DNA from: Psychrobacter sp. HD31
GTDB taxonomy: Bacteria > Pseudomonadota > Gammaproteobacteria > Pseudomonadales > Moraxellaceae
Assembly (NCBI RefSeq): GCF_051097895.1
Contig: NZ_CP142525.1
Coordinates: 150,001-182,000, forward strand
Reading direction: 5' to 3'
Length of the DNA: 32,000 nt
The notes beneath the pieces were generated by a model. That model ran no database searches. It was not told the origin of the DNA and saw only the letters and a list, made by a program, of their open reading frames with translations. Both the position numbers and the translations under genes were made by a program. Within the stretch, counting starts at the first letter, position 1. Each line of letters begins with the position of its first letter. Below are positions 16,944-26,181 of this stretch, one piece after another.

Positions 16944-17100
16944 CTTATACCCTCGTGTTGGTATAGCACAGTTAATTTATGGTCATTTGACTACACAGGT
17001 TTTTAATTCCGCGTTTCAAACGCGAAACTAAAAAAACATCATGCTATTTTTAAACCTTTAAGTTTTTATTTAAAATCAATGATTTAGTTTGGCTTTAAAA

Positions 17101-17220
17101 CAATAATAGCATTAATAGCACGCACTAGCATTTTATTAAATCCTCTGTATCCCTTGGTACGCATAGCATAGAAAGGAATTAATAGCATAATAGCGTGTTT
17201 CGGGGGTGCGTGCGTGTGCA
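17101..17220 (-). repeat. Iteron-bearing repeat, copy C (inverted, mosaic of A and B)
   Basis: The reverse complement begins TGCACACGCACGCACCCCC as in A and continues AGAGGATTTAATAAAATGCTA as in B. It has one GCTATT unit fewer. Confidence 0.85.
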
Positions 17221-17635
17221 TATCTGCATAGATAAATTACGCCTAAAATGGGGTTAGGTTTGCTCGGATTTCAAATCTGACCAAAAACTAACCACGCATG
17301 ACCTGCCAATATTGCCATTTAAAAAATCTTGTTATGATAATATATATAATAAAAACAATAACTTAATAAATAAAAAAGAGAAAAAACAAAAAATCACGCC
17401 CGATGGGTAGAAAAACGGGCAGGGCTGGCAAGTGAGCCAACACGGTGTAACCGTGTGTGTAAAACATTGGCTATGGTGTGGGTTGGTAAGATGTAAAGAC
17501 TAATAAGGATATATGTAATATATAATATATATATATTTATATATCTATTAATATTCTTAATCTATTTCTTACTTTCCCCTCTATACCAGTGTATCCTTTT
17601 TTATTTTATTAAATGGTTATCATTACTATTTAATA

Positions 17636-18880
17636 TTATTGGTTAATAGACTTTCCTGTATCAGATTTAAAATCAACGTGTATCACATTATCCAATGTGC
17701 CAAGCTTTGCATTATCAATAATTTTAGCCCAATCATTCATCATCTTGGTTCTATACTTAATATACATAGCACCATCATAAGCTTTGCTTACCTTGTTATC
17801 TTTATCGTGGGCTAATTGTAGCTCAATAGCTTCGTGCATATATTCAAGTTCATGTAGGGTTGTGCTGGCAAGACCTCTAAAGCCGTGTGTGGTCATCTTC
17901 CCTTTGTAACCCATTTTGTATAGAGCATTTATAAAAGCATGTGAACTTAAAGGCTGGCGTTTGCTGGTGTTATAAAATACATATTTTTCACTAAACCCCA
18001 ATCCTTTGATTTGTTGTAGTAGCTCAATAACAGGTGGTGCTAACGGTACCAGGTGTTTACGTTTTACTTTCATTTTTTCGGCTGATAAACGTATTATTTT
18101 ATCTTTAAAATCAATATCTGCCCATTCAAGCATTCTTACCTCATTGGTTCTCAAAAAGGTGTAGCAAGTAAACCACAAGCCTAGTTTAACCAATACATGC
18201 CCTTTATAGTTGTCAATATCTTGTAATAGCTGGGGTAGTTGTCGTATCGTAATACGGTTGTGGTGCTTTGTTATACTCGGCTGTATGGCTTCTGTGAGGT
18301 TTATAGCTGGGTTGTGAGTAGCTAAACCTTGCCTAATAGCATGCTTAAATATTTGCCCAACCTCACGTATGGTACGTTTTGACATCTCTATTGCTCCCCG
18401 TTTTTCAATGGCTTTTCCAATAGCTAAAATATCAGGAGGGGCTATATCTGTAATTATCATATGTCCTATAGCGGGTTTTACATCCCTTTCATAAGCAGAA
18501 TAATTACGGTCATATGTTTTCTTAGCAAGGTAAGTTTTACGCTCTGCATACCACTCTTGTGCGATGTTATCAAACAATAGAGAGCCATCTACTTTGGCTT
18601 TTTGCTCTTTTTTGTGTTGCTTAGGGTCTGTGCCTTGGGCAATCATTTGGCGGACGTGTTGGTGTTTTTGGCGGGCTTGTGCCAATGACAGTATAGGATA
18701 CTTACCAAGAGTAAGGCTTTGGCGTTTACCGTTAAATTTATAGTCTGATACCCAAACCTTATTACCAGTATGACGTACCCAAAGACGTAAGCCGTCTCCA
18801 TCACTGTATTTGTCAGGGCGGGCAGGGGTACATTTATCGGTTGGCTTCAACCGTTTAATGGCGGTATCTGTTAGAGGCAT
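17636..18880 (-). CDS. int: P4/CP4-57-type tyrosine integrase (arm-binding DUF4102 N-terminus, SAM-like core-binding domain, catalytic domain)
   Basis: 414 aa. The N-terminus LTDTAIKRLKP...DGDGLRLWV is typical of P4-type integrases. Catalytic-domain motifs LRTNEV and HGFRGLAST are present. It lies adjacent to ssrA. Confidence 0.9.
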   Translation of the reverse strand: MPLTDTAIKRLKPTDKCTPARPDKYSDGDGLRLWVRHTGNKVWVSDYKFNGKRQSLTLGKYPILSLAQARQKHQHVRQMIAQGTDPKQHKKEQKAKVDGSLLFDNIAQEWYAERKTYLAKKTYDRNYSAYERDVKPAIGHMIITDIAPPDILAIGKAIEKRGAIEMSKRTIREVGQIFKHAIRQGLATHNPAINLTEAIQPSITKHHNRITIRQLPQLLQDIDNYKGHVLVKLGLWFTCYTFLRTNEVRMLEWADIDFKDKIIRLSAEKMKVKRKHLVPLAPPVIELLQQIKGLGFSEKYVFYNTSKRQPLSSHAFINALYKMGYKGKMTTHGFRGLASTTLHELEYMHEAIELQLAHDKDNKVSKAYDGAMYIKYRTKMMNDWAKIIDNAKLGTLDNVIHVDFKSDTGKSINQ

Positions 18881-18905
18881 TGACGGTATATTTCCTTAAT
18901 TAAAT

Positions 18906-18928
18906 AAATATACCGTAAAATATACCGT
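18906..18928 (+). promoter_or_regulatory. Tandem TATACCGT motifs, candidate integrase arm-type sites (int-proximal arm)
   Basis: Identical 23-mer to 7172-7194. An inverted ACGGTATA lies at 18883-18890 next to the int start codon. Confidence 0.5.
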
Positions 18929-19040
18929 TATTTTAAATAGATTACAAGAGACTATACTAGACTATATAATAGTCTAAATCCCCTGTAAGCCTTTAAAAAT
19001 ATAGCCCAGTCGGATTATATCAGACTGGGCTATATTGGTG

Positions 19041-19063
19041 TATGGTGGAGGTGGCGGGAGTTG
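19041..19063. repeat. int-proximal att repeat (functional 3' end of ssrA plus 2 nt)
   Basis: Identical to 7098-7120. Confidence 0.9.
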
Positions 19064-19399
19064 AACCCGCGTCCGCCAGCACTACGCTCATGAATCTACA
19101 TGTTTAGGGTCTGTCTATAAATTTAATCCGTTCCGAACCGACAGTCAGGTAAGATTGGACGAGTCTTTAAATTTAGTCTCATTAGTCAAGACACCTAACA
19201 AGACGGACCTATGTGCGTTCGCTTCGGGGTGATCAACCTAACCATAGGTAGTTAGTGACGACCCAAGCAGCCCTTAGGCTGCTAGAGCGTAAGTTTCGTC
19301 GTTTGCGACTATTTTAAAATATACTTGATTTACGAGAGGGTATAACTCTCGACATGCATCATTGAGTTTCATCACCAGCGTCGAAGCCAGAACACCCCC
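19043..19399 (-). ncRNA. ssrA: tmRNA (transfer-messenger RNA)
   Basis: The 5' end GGGGGTGTTCTGGCTTCGAC pairs with the 3' end CACCTCC-A-CCA, including a G3-U wobble. The T-arm is GGGTTCAACTCCC. The tag reading frame GCAAACGACGAAACTTACGCTCTAGCAGCCTAA (19274-19306) encodes ANDETYALAA. Confidence 0.95.
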
Positions 19400-19472
19400 C
19401 AATTGCTAACCATTATATAAGGTCATCTGCTTAAATATCAAGCCATACTAAACCTATTAAATAATGATGAAT

Positions 19473-19499
19473 AAAAAAGCCAGCAAAACGCTGACTTTT
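19473..19499 (-). terminator. Rho-independent terminator of the rpsF-rpsR-rplI operon
   Basis: The minus-strand RNA reads AGTCAGC-GTTTT-GCTGGCT followed by TTTTTT. Confidence 0.7.
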
Positions 19500-19518
19500 A
19501 AATTTGAAAAAATTCAAA

Positions 19519-19992
19519 TTATTCAGCAGTTTCTGCTTCTTCACCGTCTTCAGACAGGATAGTAACAGTAATATCTGTGCTGATATCGTGGTGTAATTGA
19601 ACGTTTACATTGTATTCACCAACCTGACGGAAAGAACCTTCAGGTAAGTTGATTTCTGCACGATCAACTTTAAGACCAGATTTTGTAAGGGCTTCAGCAA
19701 TATCACGAGTACCGATAGAACCGAATAATTTACCTTCTTCACCAGTCTTAGCACGCATAATAACATTAACGTCTTTAAGTTCTTCAGCACGTTTGTTAGC
19801 TGCTGCTAACTCTTCTGCTTCTTGAGCTTCTAGTTCAGCACGACGTGCTTCAAAAACTTCAATGTTTTTTGGGGTAGCTGGTAAAGCTTTGCCCTGTGGG
19901 ATTAAGTAGTTACGACCGTAACCTGGTTTTACATCAACTGTTTCGCCAAGTTTACCAAGGTTGACGATACGCTGTAACAAAATAACTTGCAT
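19519..19992 (-). CDS. rplI: 50S ribosomal protein L9
   Basis: [36 protein letters not shown] is the canonical L9 N-terminus. Confidence 0.95.
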   Translation of the reverse strand: MQVILLQRIVNLGKLGETVDVKPGYGRNYLIPQGKALPATPKNIEVFEARRAELEAQEAEELAAANKRAEELKDVNVIMRAKTGEEGKLFGSIGTRDIAEALTKSGLKVDRAEINLPEGSFRQVGEYNVNVQLHHDISTDITVTILSEDGEEAETAE

Positions 19993-20014
19993 GAGTCACT
20001 CCTAGATTGACGAA

Positions 20015-20242
20015 TTACTGATGGTTGTCAGTGTATGGTAGTAATGCCAAGTAACGAGCTTGCTTAATAGCAGTCGATAATTGACGTTGGTATTTGTTTG
20101 AAGTACCTGTAATACGGCTAGGTACGATTTTTCCATTTTCTGCGATGTATTGTTTTAACAAGTCTACATCTTTATAGTCGATGTAGGTAACACCTTCAGC
20201 AGTAAAACGGCAGAACTTGCGACGACGATAAAAACGTGCCAT
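20015..20242 (-). CDS. rpsR: 30S ribosomal protein S18
   Basis: [13 protein letters not shown]...IDYKD...LK.YI...GKI.PSRITGT matches S18. Confidence 0.95.
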   Translation of the reverse strand: MARFYRRRKFCRFTAEGVTYIDYKDVDLLKQYIAENGKIVPSRITGTSNKYQRQLSTAIKQARYLALLPYTDNHQ

Positions 20243-20259
20243 GAGTATGCTCCTTATGC

Positions 20260-20685
20260 TTATTCTTCGTTGTTAGCTTCTTGTGCTTCGTTTTTTGGCT
20301 CTTTGTCAGCAGTTTCTTTTTCTGCTTGAGCTTCGTTACGACGCGCTTTGCGAGTACGTTTTTCTTCGGCACTCTTCGCTAGTGGAGATTCTTCAGTGAT
20401 GGCTTCATCACGGCGGATAACTAAGCTACGGATAACAGCATCGTTATATTTAAATAGTTCTTCTAGCTGAGCTAGTGTTTCACCATTTGTTTCGATGTTC
20501 ATTAGCACATAGTGAGCTTTGTGAATTTTGTTGATTGGGTAAGCTAGTTGACGACGACCCCAGTCTTCAAGACGGTGGATGCTGCCATCATTTTCTTTTA
20601 CCAAATTCATATAACGTTCGACCATACCAGGTACTTGGTCGCTTTGGTCAGGGTGTACAATTAACACCACTTCATAATGTCTCAT
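20260..20685 (-). CDS. rpsF: 30S ribosomal protein S6
   Basis: [17 protein letters not shown] is the S6 N-terminus. GAGGAG lies 7 nt upstream of the ATG at 20685. The GTG at 20700 is rejected. The protein has a long acidic/basic C-terminal tail. Confidence 0.93.
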   Translation of the reverse strand: MRHYEVVLIVHPDQSDQVPGMVERYMNLVKENDGSIHRLEDWGRRQLAYPINKIHKAHYVLMNIETNGETLAQLEELFKYNDAVIRSLVIRRDEAITEESPLAKSAEEKRTRKARRNEAQAEKETADKEPKNEAQEANNEE

Positions 20686-20816
20686 TACATTACTCCTCAC
20701 GGATTAAACAGCTATTAACCCCATGTTAATAGCAAGGAGATTGTTAAATCACTAAAAACAATATTATAAAAATATAAAGTAAGTAGATTTAACAAAGGCG
20801 AACATTATACTGATAC

Positions 20817-20857
20817 TAAAAAAAATAAGCAACCAAAAAATGTTTTTGTGGTTGCTT
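20817..20857 (-). terminator. Rho-independent terminator of the RDD-family gene
   Basis: AAGCAACCA-13 nt-TGGTTGCTT stem, followed on the minus strand by A-TTTTTTTT. Confidence 0.7.
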
Positions 20858-20879
20858 ACTTTTAAAAAATCTTTATAAA

Positions 20880-21764
20880 CTATTTTTTGTTGTGTGATGT
20901 ATCAAGTTGATTATCATCGGCGGTAACAACAATTGTTTTGGCAAATTTGTCATGAATGCTTTGTCTATCTTTATTAGTAAACATAGTTAATATATCTAAC
21001 CCTATGATAATAATACCAAAAGGCAAGCTATAGGCAATGTTAGTAATAATAGAACGAATTAGCACAATATTTGTGATAGAAGGTAGTTTTTTGCTTTGTT
21101 TATCTAAAATACGTAACCCAGTAATCAGCTTACCAATTGTTTGACCGCGGCGTATTAGGAGCATCACTTGTACAAAAAACATGGCCAGCATTAAAACAAC
21201 CACTATATTTGCAATATGGCTTGGGATGAGCTCAGTTAATGCCCTTGCTTGCTCAACAGCGCTGGTGTTTGAACGCATGACATTAGTAAATTTATCCATA
21301 CCAATGGTAAAAAAGATAGGTGCAAATGCTGCTGTCATGATGATATTGTCAATTAAGGTGGCTAAGATACGCGTTGTGGGACTGGCAAGCTCATAGGTTG
21401 GTGCTGATTTTTTTGCACGGTTTTTGCGCATGGTTGATTTTGTTGGAACATGGGCAACCGGATGTGGCTCTTGTGCAGGTTTATCAATGGAGTCAGCAGG
21501 GCGATTACCATAAAGCTCATCTACGGTTGTTCTTGTACGCGTGCGTTCTTGCTGCTCAAGATGAGTAGTGACTGTTGGCACAAAGCCTTCTGGATAGTAA
21601 GTTACTTGACCATTGGTAACTTCAGAAATGGTTTTCCAGTCTTCCATACCTTGATGCCAAATTAGGTCGTTTTGTAAAACGTCACCATTGGCTAACATTG
21701 AGTTAAGTTGTTCTATTGAGTATGGTCCGGCTTGAACATTATTACGTGCTAAATAAACTTGCAT
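20880..21764 (-). CDS. RDD-family membrane protein with an N-terminal GYF_2 (DUF4339) domain
   Basis: The N-terminus AGPYSIEQLNSMLANGDVLQNDLIWHQGMEDWKTISEV fits the GYF_2 pattern. The C-terminal half has three hydrophobic segments and RRGQTIGK, typical of RDD proteins. Confidence 0.65.
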   Translation of the reverse strand: MQVYLARNNVQAGPYSIEQLNSMLANGDVLQNDLIWHQGMEDWKTISEVTNGQVTYYPEGFVPTVTTHLEQQERTRTRTTVDELYGNRPADSIDKPAQEPHPVAHVPTKSTMRKNRAKKSAPTYELASPTTRILATLIDNIIMTAAFAPIFFTIGMDKFTNVMRSNTSAVEQARALTELIPSHIANIVVVLMLAMFFVQVMLLIRRGQTIGKLITGLRILDKQSKKLPSITNIVLIRSIITNIAYSLPFGIIIIGLDILTMFTNKDRQSIHDKFAKTIVVTADDNQLDTSHNKK

Positions 21765-21865
21765 TATTTTAAGTTGTTCCTAACTATTAAGTTTTTGTCT
21801 ATGCTCATTATAATAGAATAATGGGTACAAGTGTACTATTGTTCAAGTCTTACAGGATGCGGGTA

Positions 21866-21901
21866 ATAAAAAACCGTCTTTATAATTTATAAAGACGGTT
21901 T
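21866..21901 (-). terminator. Terminator of ppsA (perfect 14-bp stem, potentially bidirectional)
   Basis: AAACCGTCTTTATA-AAT-TATAAAGACGGTTT with flanking A/T runs. Confidence 0.8.
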
Positions 21902-21960
21902 TTAAGAGATAACTAATAGTAATTACATATTGTAACTTTTAATAGTTAGCTGACATCCAA

Positions 21961-24333
21961 TTAGCTAATTTCTTCGCCCGCTAAGAAGAACCAAGTATCA
22001 AGAACGGTATCTGGGTTTAATGACACAGAGTTAATACCTTGTTCCATCAACCACATAGCTAAGTCAGGGTGGTCTGATGGTCCTTGTCCACAGATACCCA
22101 CGTATTTGTTTTGAGCCTTACAAGCTTTAATTGCCATAGAAAGCAGCTTTTTAACAGCAGGGTCGCGCTCATCAAATAAACTAGAAACAATACCTGAATC
22201 ACGGTCAAGTCCTAACGTTAATTGCGTTAAGTCGTTAGAACCAATCGAGAAGCCATCAAAGTATTGTAAAAACTCATCTGCAAGCAAGGCATTTGTCGGT
22301 AGCTCACACATCATGATGATTTCAAGACCATTGCTGCCACGTTTTAGACCATTTTCTTCTAACAGCTCGATAACTTTTTGCGCTTCTTCAAGTGTACGCA
22401 CAAATGGGATCATAATCTTAATATTGGTTAAGCCCATTTCATTACGTACATATTTTAAGGCACGGCATTCAAGCTCAAAGCAGTCTCTAAAGTTTTCTGA
22501 GATGTAACGACTTGCACCGCGGAAACCAAGCATTGGGTTTTCTTCTTCTGGCTCGTATAGCTTACCGCCAATTAGGTTTGCATACTCGTTTGATTTAAAA
22601 TCAGACATACGAACAATCACAGGTTCATCTTTAAAGGCAGCAGCAAGCGTTGCGATACCTTCTACCAGTTTATCAACATAAAAGTCTTCTGGGGCACCAT
22701 AGCCTGCAATACGCTCATTAATAGCCTGAGCGACTTCACGAGGTAGGCTGTTCATGTTAAGTAGTGCTTTTGGATGCACACCAATCATACGGTTGATAAT
22801 AAACTCAAGACGCGCTAAACCGATACCAGCGTTTGGAATTTGTGCAAAACTAAAGGCACGATCTGGGTTACCAACGTTCATCATAATCTTAAACGGCACT
22901 TCAGGCATGCTGTCTACTGAGTTTGTTTGGATGTTGTAATCTAAGATGCCTTCATAAATAAAGCCAGTGTCACCCTCAGCACAAGAAACCGTTGCTTCTA
23001 CACCATCCGTCAATAACTCGGTTGCATTACCACAACCAACAACCGCAGGTACGCCAAGTTCACGGGCGATAATCGCTGCGTGGCAAGTACGGCCACCACG
23101 GTTTGTAACAATGGCAGAAGCACGCTTCATCACAGGTTCCCAATCTGGGTCTGTCATGTCAGAAACTAAAATATCGCCTTCTTGTACTTTGTCCATGTCG
23201 TTTAAGTCATCAACAATGCGTACTTTACCTGAACCGATACGTTGACCGATTGAGCGACCTTCACACAATAGTTTTGCACCGTCTGATTTGATAACAAAGC
23301 GTTCCATAACATTGCTGGTTTGTTGGCTTTTTACGGTTTCAGGACGTGCCTGAACGATAAAGATTTGACCTGTGTCACCATCTTTTGCCCATTCAATATC
23401 CATGGCATGACCGTAATGCTTTTCAATAATCAATGCTTGTTTAGCCAGTTCATTTAACTCGTCGGTAGTTAATGAAAACTGCATGCGCTCTTCTTTTTCT
23501 ACAGGCACCACTTCTACCGATTTGCCCGCTTCACCAGAAGTAGTATAAATCATTTTTTGATGCTTGCTGCCTAAGTTTTTACGGATAACGGCAGGTTTGC
23601 CCGCTTGTAATAGCGGTTTAGAAACATAAAACTCATCTGGGTTAACAGCGCCTTGTACAACCATTTCACCCAAGCCATAACTTGCTGTAATAAATACAAC
23701 TTCATCAAAACCGCTTTCGGTATCAATGGTAAACATAACGCCAGATGCGCCTGTTTCTGAACGTACCATGCGTTGGATGCCTGCAGATAGTGCAACGCCG
23801 GCATGTTCAAAACCTTTATGAACACGATAAGCAATAGCACGGTCGTTGTATAAAGAGGCAAACACTTCTTTAATCGCAATCAGTACGTTGTCGATACCAC
23901 GAATATTAAGGAAGGTTTCTTGCTGACCTGCAAACGATGCATCTGGTAAATCTTCAGCCGTGGCTGAAGAACGTACGGCAACAGAAATATCATGACCATC
24001 ACTCATTTCTTCAAATGCTTGGCGAATCTCTTGCTCTAAATCAGCAGGTAGTTCTTGTTCAATAATCCAGTTACGGATTTTTTTACCAGTTTCGGTTAGT
24101 AATTGTACATTATCGACATCTAACTCTTTTAATTCACTATTGATTTTATTTAATAGGTTTGTGTCTATTAAAAAACGGTTAAAAGCATCAGCGGTTGTAG
24201 CAAAACCACCTGGTACGCTAACACCTAAATCAGATAAATTGCTAATCATCTCGCCTAAAGATGCGTTTTTACCACCAACGACTTCAATATCGTCTTTTCC
24301 TAATTGATCAAGATTAATGACCTGAGATGTCAT
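21961..24333 (-). CDS. ppsA: Phosphoenolpyruvate synthase
   Basis: 790 aa. It contains [10 protein letters not shown], the phosphohistidine region [15 protein letters not shown] and the C-terminal PEP-utilising domain GICGQ. Confidence 0.95.
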   Translation of the reverse strand: MTSQVINLDQLGKDDIEVVGGKNASLGEMISNLSDLGVSVPGGFATTADAFNRFLIDTNLLNKINSELKELDVDNVQLLTETGKKIRNWIIEQELPADLEQEIRQAFEEMSDGHDISVAVRSSATAEDLPDASFAGQQETFLNIRGIDNVLIAIKEVFASLYNDRAIAYRVHKGFEHAGVALSAGIQRMVRSETGASGVMFTIDTESGFDEVVFITASYGLGEMVVQGAVNPDEFYVSKPLLQAGKPAVIRKNLGSKHQKMIYTTSGEAGKSVEVVPVEKEERMQFSLTTDELNELAKQALIIEKHYGHAMDIEWAKDGDTGQIFIVQARPETVKSQQTSNVMERFVIKSDGAKLLCEGRSIGQRIGSGKVRIVDDLNDMDKVQEGDILVSDMTDPDWEPVMKRASAIVTNRGGRTCHAAIIARELGVPAVVGCGNATELLTDGVEATVSCAEGDTGFIYEGILDYNIQTNSVDSMPEVPFKIMMNVGNPDRAFSFAQIPNAGIGLARLEFIINRMIGVHPKALLNMNSLPREVAQAINERIAGYGAPEDFYVDKLVEGIATLAAAFKDEPVIVRMSDFKSNEYANLIGGKLYEPEEENPMLGFRGASRYISENFRDCFELECRALKYVRNEMGLTNIKIMIPFVRTLEEAQKVIELLEENGLKRGSNGLEIIMMCELPTNALLADEFLQYFDGFSIGSNDLTQLTLGLDRDSGIVSSLFDERDPAVKKLLSMAIKACKAQNKYVGICGQGPSDHPDLAMWLMEQGINSVSLNPDTVLDTWFFLAGEEIS

Positions 24334-24662
24334 AATAACTCCTAAAAATGCGGGTATTTAGTAAAGGTTATAAGCAGATTATACACAAAAATTTGCCTTA
24401 ATTTAATGACTTTTACATACTTTTGGTAAATTGAATAATTAATTTTGATAAAAAATGTATTTTAATGTTAAAAAATCAGCGTTTTTGCTCTAATTATCAT
24501 ATTGTTTTTACAGATATATTAATTCATTTGTATCCCGCTTTTTTGTGGTTTATCATTGTTATGCAATAAAGCATCAGAGCAAACAATAAAAGCACTGTGA
24601 TTAGCAAAAATTTGTTCAATCAGTACAGCTGCTTTATAAAAGGAACCAAGATTGTGCGAGCA

Positions 24663-25544
24663 ATGAATAACACAAAATCAACGATTCAAAATAGCCACGC
24701 TTTAAGTTTAGATGACCAACAAAGGATAAGAAGTGCATTTTTTATTTCTGACGGTACCGCCATTACAGCAGAAACACTCGGTAGGGCAATTTTGAGCCAG
24801 TTTGATAGTGTACCATTTGAAACCCGAGTTATCCCTTATGTTGATACCTTAGAACGTGCGGATGAAGCCGTACGCCAAATTAATGCAATATATGAGCGTG
24901 ATGGGGTGATGCCACTTGTTTTTGATACGATTGTAAAACCAGAAATTAGAGAAGAAATTAACTCGGCAAATGCTTGCAACCTAGACATTTATGAAGGATT
25001 AATAGGAAAAATAGCAGAAGAAATTGATGAAGAACCTGGCGGTGATGTTGGACATTCTCATGCTGGTGTAGACTCAGAAAGTTATAAGTCGCGTATTGAT
25101 GCGGTGCATTTTGCTTTAGATAATGACGATGGTGGACGTACTCGCCATTATGAGAATGCAGATATTATTTTAATTGGCGTTTCTCGCTCAGGTAAAACAC
25201 CCACATCACTATACTTGGCGTTACAGTTTGGTATTTTTGCGGCAAATTATCCCTTAACCGAAGAAGATTTGTTTTGTGATAACGACTTGCCAAAAGCACT
25301 TAAGCCATATAAACACAAGTTATTTGGACTCAACATTGATATTGAACGCTTAGTTAGAATCAGAAATGAGCGACGTGCAGGCAGTAAATATGCAAGTTAT
25401 AGCCAATGCCAGCAAGAAATGAGGGCAATACAGGGCATTTATATTTCTCAAGGGATACCAAATCTTGATGTGTCAGAAATGTCGGTAGAAGAGATTGCCA
25501 CAAGGATTTTACAAATATCAGGATTAAAACGACGTATTGGTTAG
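24663..25544 (+). CDS. ppsR: PEP synthase regulatory protein (bifunctional kinase/pyrophosphorylase, DUF299)
   Basis: FFISDGTAITAETLGRA and the P-loop GVSRSGKTPTSLYLA. It is divergent from ppsA. The ATG at 24663 is preferred over the GTG at 24597. Confidence 0.88.
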   Translation: MNNTKSTIQNSHALSLDDQQRIRSAFFISDGTAITAETLGRAILSQFDSVPFETRVIPYVDTLERADEAVRQINAIYERDGVMPLVFDTIVKPEIREEINSANACNLDIYEGLIGKIAEEIDEEPGGDVGHSHAGVDSESYKSRIDAVHFALDNDDGGRTRHYENADIILIGVSRSGKTPTSLYLALQFGIFAANYPLTEEDLFCDNDLPKALKPYKHKLFGLNIDIERLVRIRNERRAGSKYASYSQCQQEMRAIQGIYISQGIPNLDVSEMSVEEIATRILQISGLKRRIG

Positions 25545-25668
25545 CAATGGTTTAGCTGTTTATAATCTGTTAAAATTGCACTAAATTTTTTACAAACTAT
25601 CAGTTTGATACTTGCTAAAATTAATAGATAAATAACCAATGCTCTGTAACTAAAAAAATGAGAAATTT

Positions 25669-26100
25669 ATGTTAAATATTAAAAAGGTAGCGGTTGCTAC
25701 AATTGTTAGCTCAACAATGTTAGCTGGTTTGGTGGGTTGCCAAAGTACTTCAAATGGGTTTGCGAACCCGTTTGTTAAAAAACAGCCTGTGCCTGCACCG
25801 CGATACATCCCAAATTTAATTGAAGGTGAATTAACCAAGTTAGATATTGCACCACAAAAGCAGGTTTGCCCTTCAAAGCTGCCGATGCAGTGTATTTTGA
25901 TAACACGGGTTAGTACCAATGAAAGTATTTTACTACCTTACAATGCCATTAAAGGCTTTCAACACAAGCAGGGTGAGCGTTATACGCTTAATGCACGTCC
26001 TTTGATAGACCAAAACAATAACCAAGCAACCGGTGAGTGGCAATTGGTTAATATCGTATCAACTACCAAAGTGGATGGCACTAGTTGGGGTCATCGCTAA
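25669..26100 (+). CDS. DUF4377-like lipoprotein
   Basis: Signal peptide with the lipobox LVGC. The CPSKLPMQCILI and IKGFQHKQGERYTL patterns resemble DUF4377. Confidence 0.55.
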   Translation: MLNIKKVAVATIVSSTMLAGLVGCQSTSNGFANPFVKKQPVPAPRYIPNLIEGELTKLDIAPQKQVCPSKLPMQCILITRVSTNESILLPYNAIKGFQHKQGERYTLNARPLIDQNNNQATGEWQLVNIVSTTKVDGTSWGHR

Positions 26101-26181
26101 TAGTAAATATTAAACCATAATTGCTAAATTACAAAAAATAGCAACTAACGAAAAATTAATAGACTTAATAAAGAGGAATTT

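Larger units (their letters stand above)
7098..19063. mobile_element. Integrative island (CP4-57/P4-like, satellite-type) inserted in the 3' end of ssrA
   Basis: Exact 23-bp direct repeats at both ends, an integrase next to ssrA, alpA and a DUF3987 gene, and housekeeping genes outside. The repeat-to-repeat unit is 11,943 bp. Confidence 0.85.

Noticed and set aside
17440-17456. Small hairpin ACACGG-TGTAA-CCGTGT, and the GCGTTT-C-AAACGC palindrome at 17011-17023
   Set aside because: The stems are 6 bp with no flanking U-tract or positional logic, which is too weak to call as a terminator or operator.
22313-23879. ORFs 22313-22507, 22754-22939, 22967-23245 (+) and 23571-23879 (-) inside ppsA
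   Set aside because: They are antisense to or out of frame with ppsA and have no independent support.
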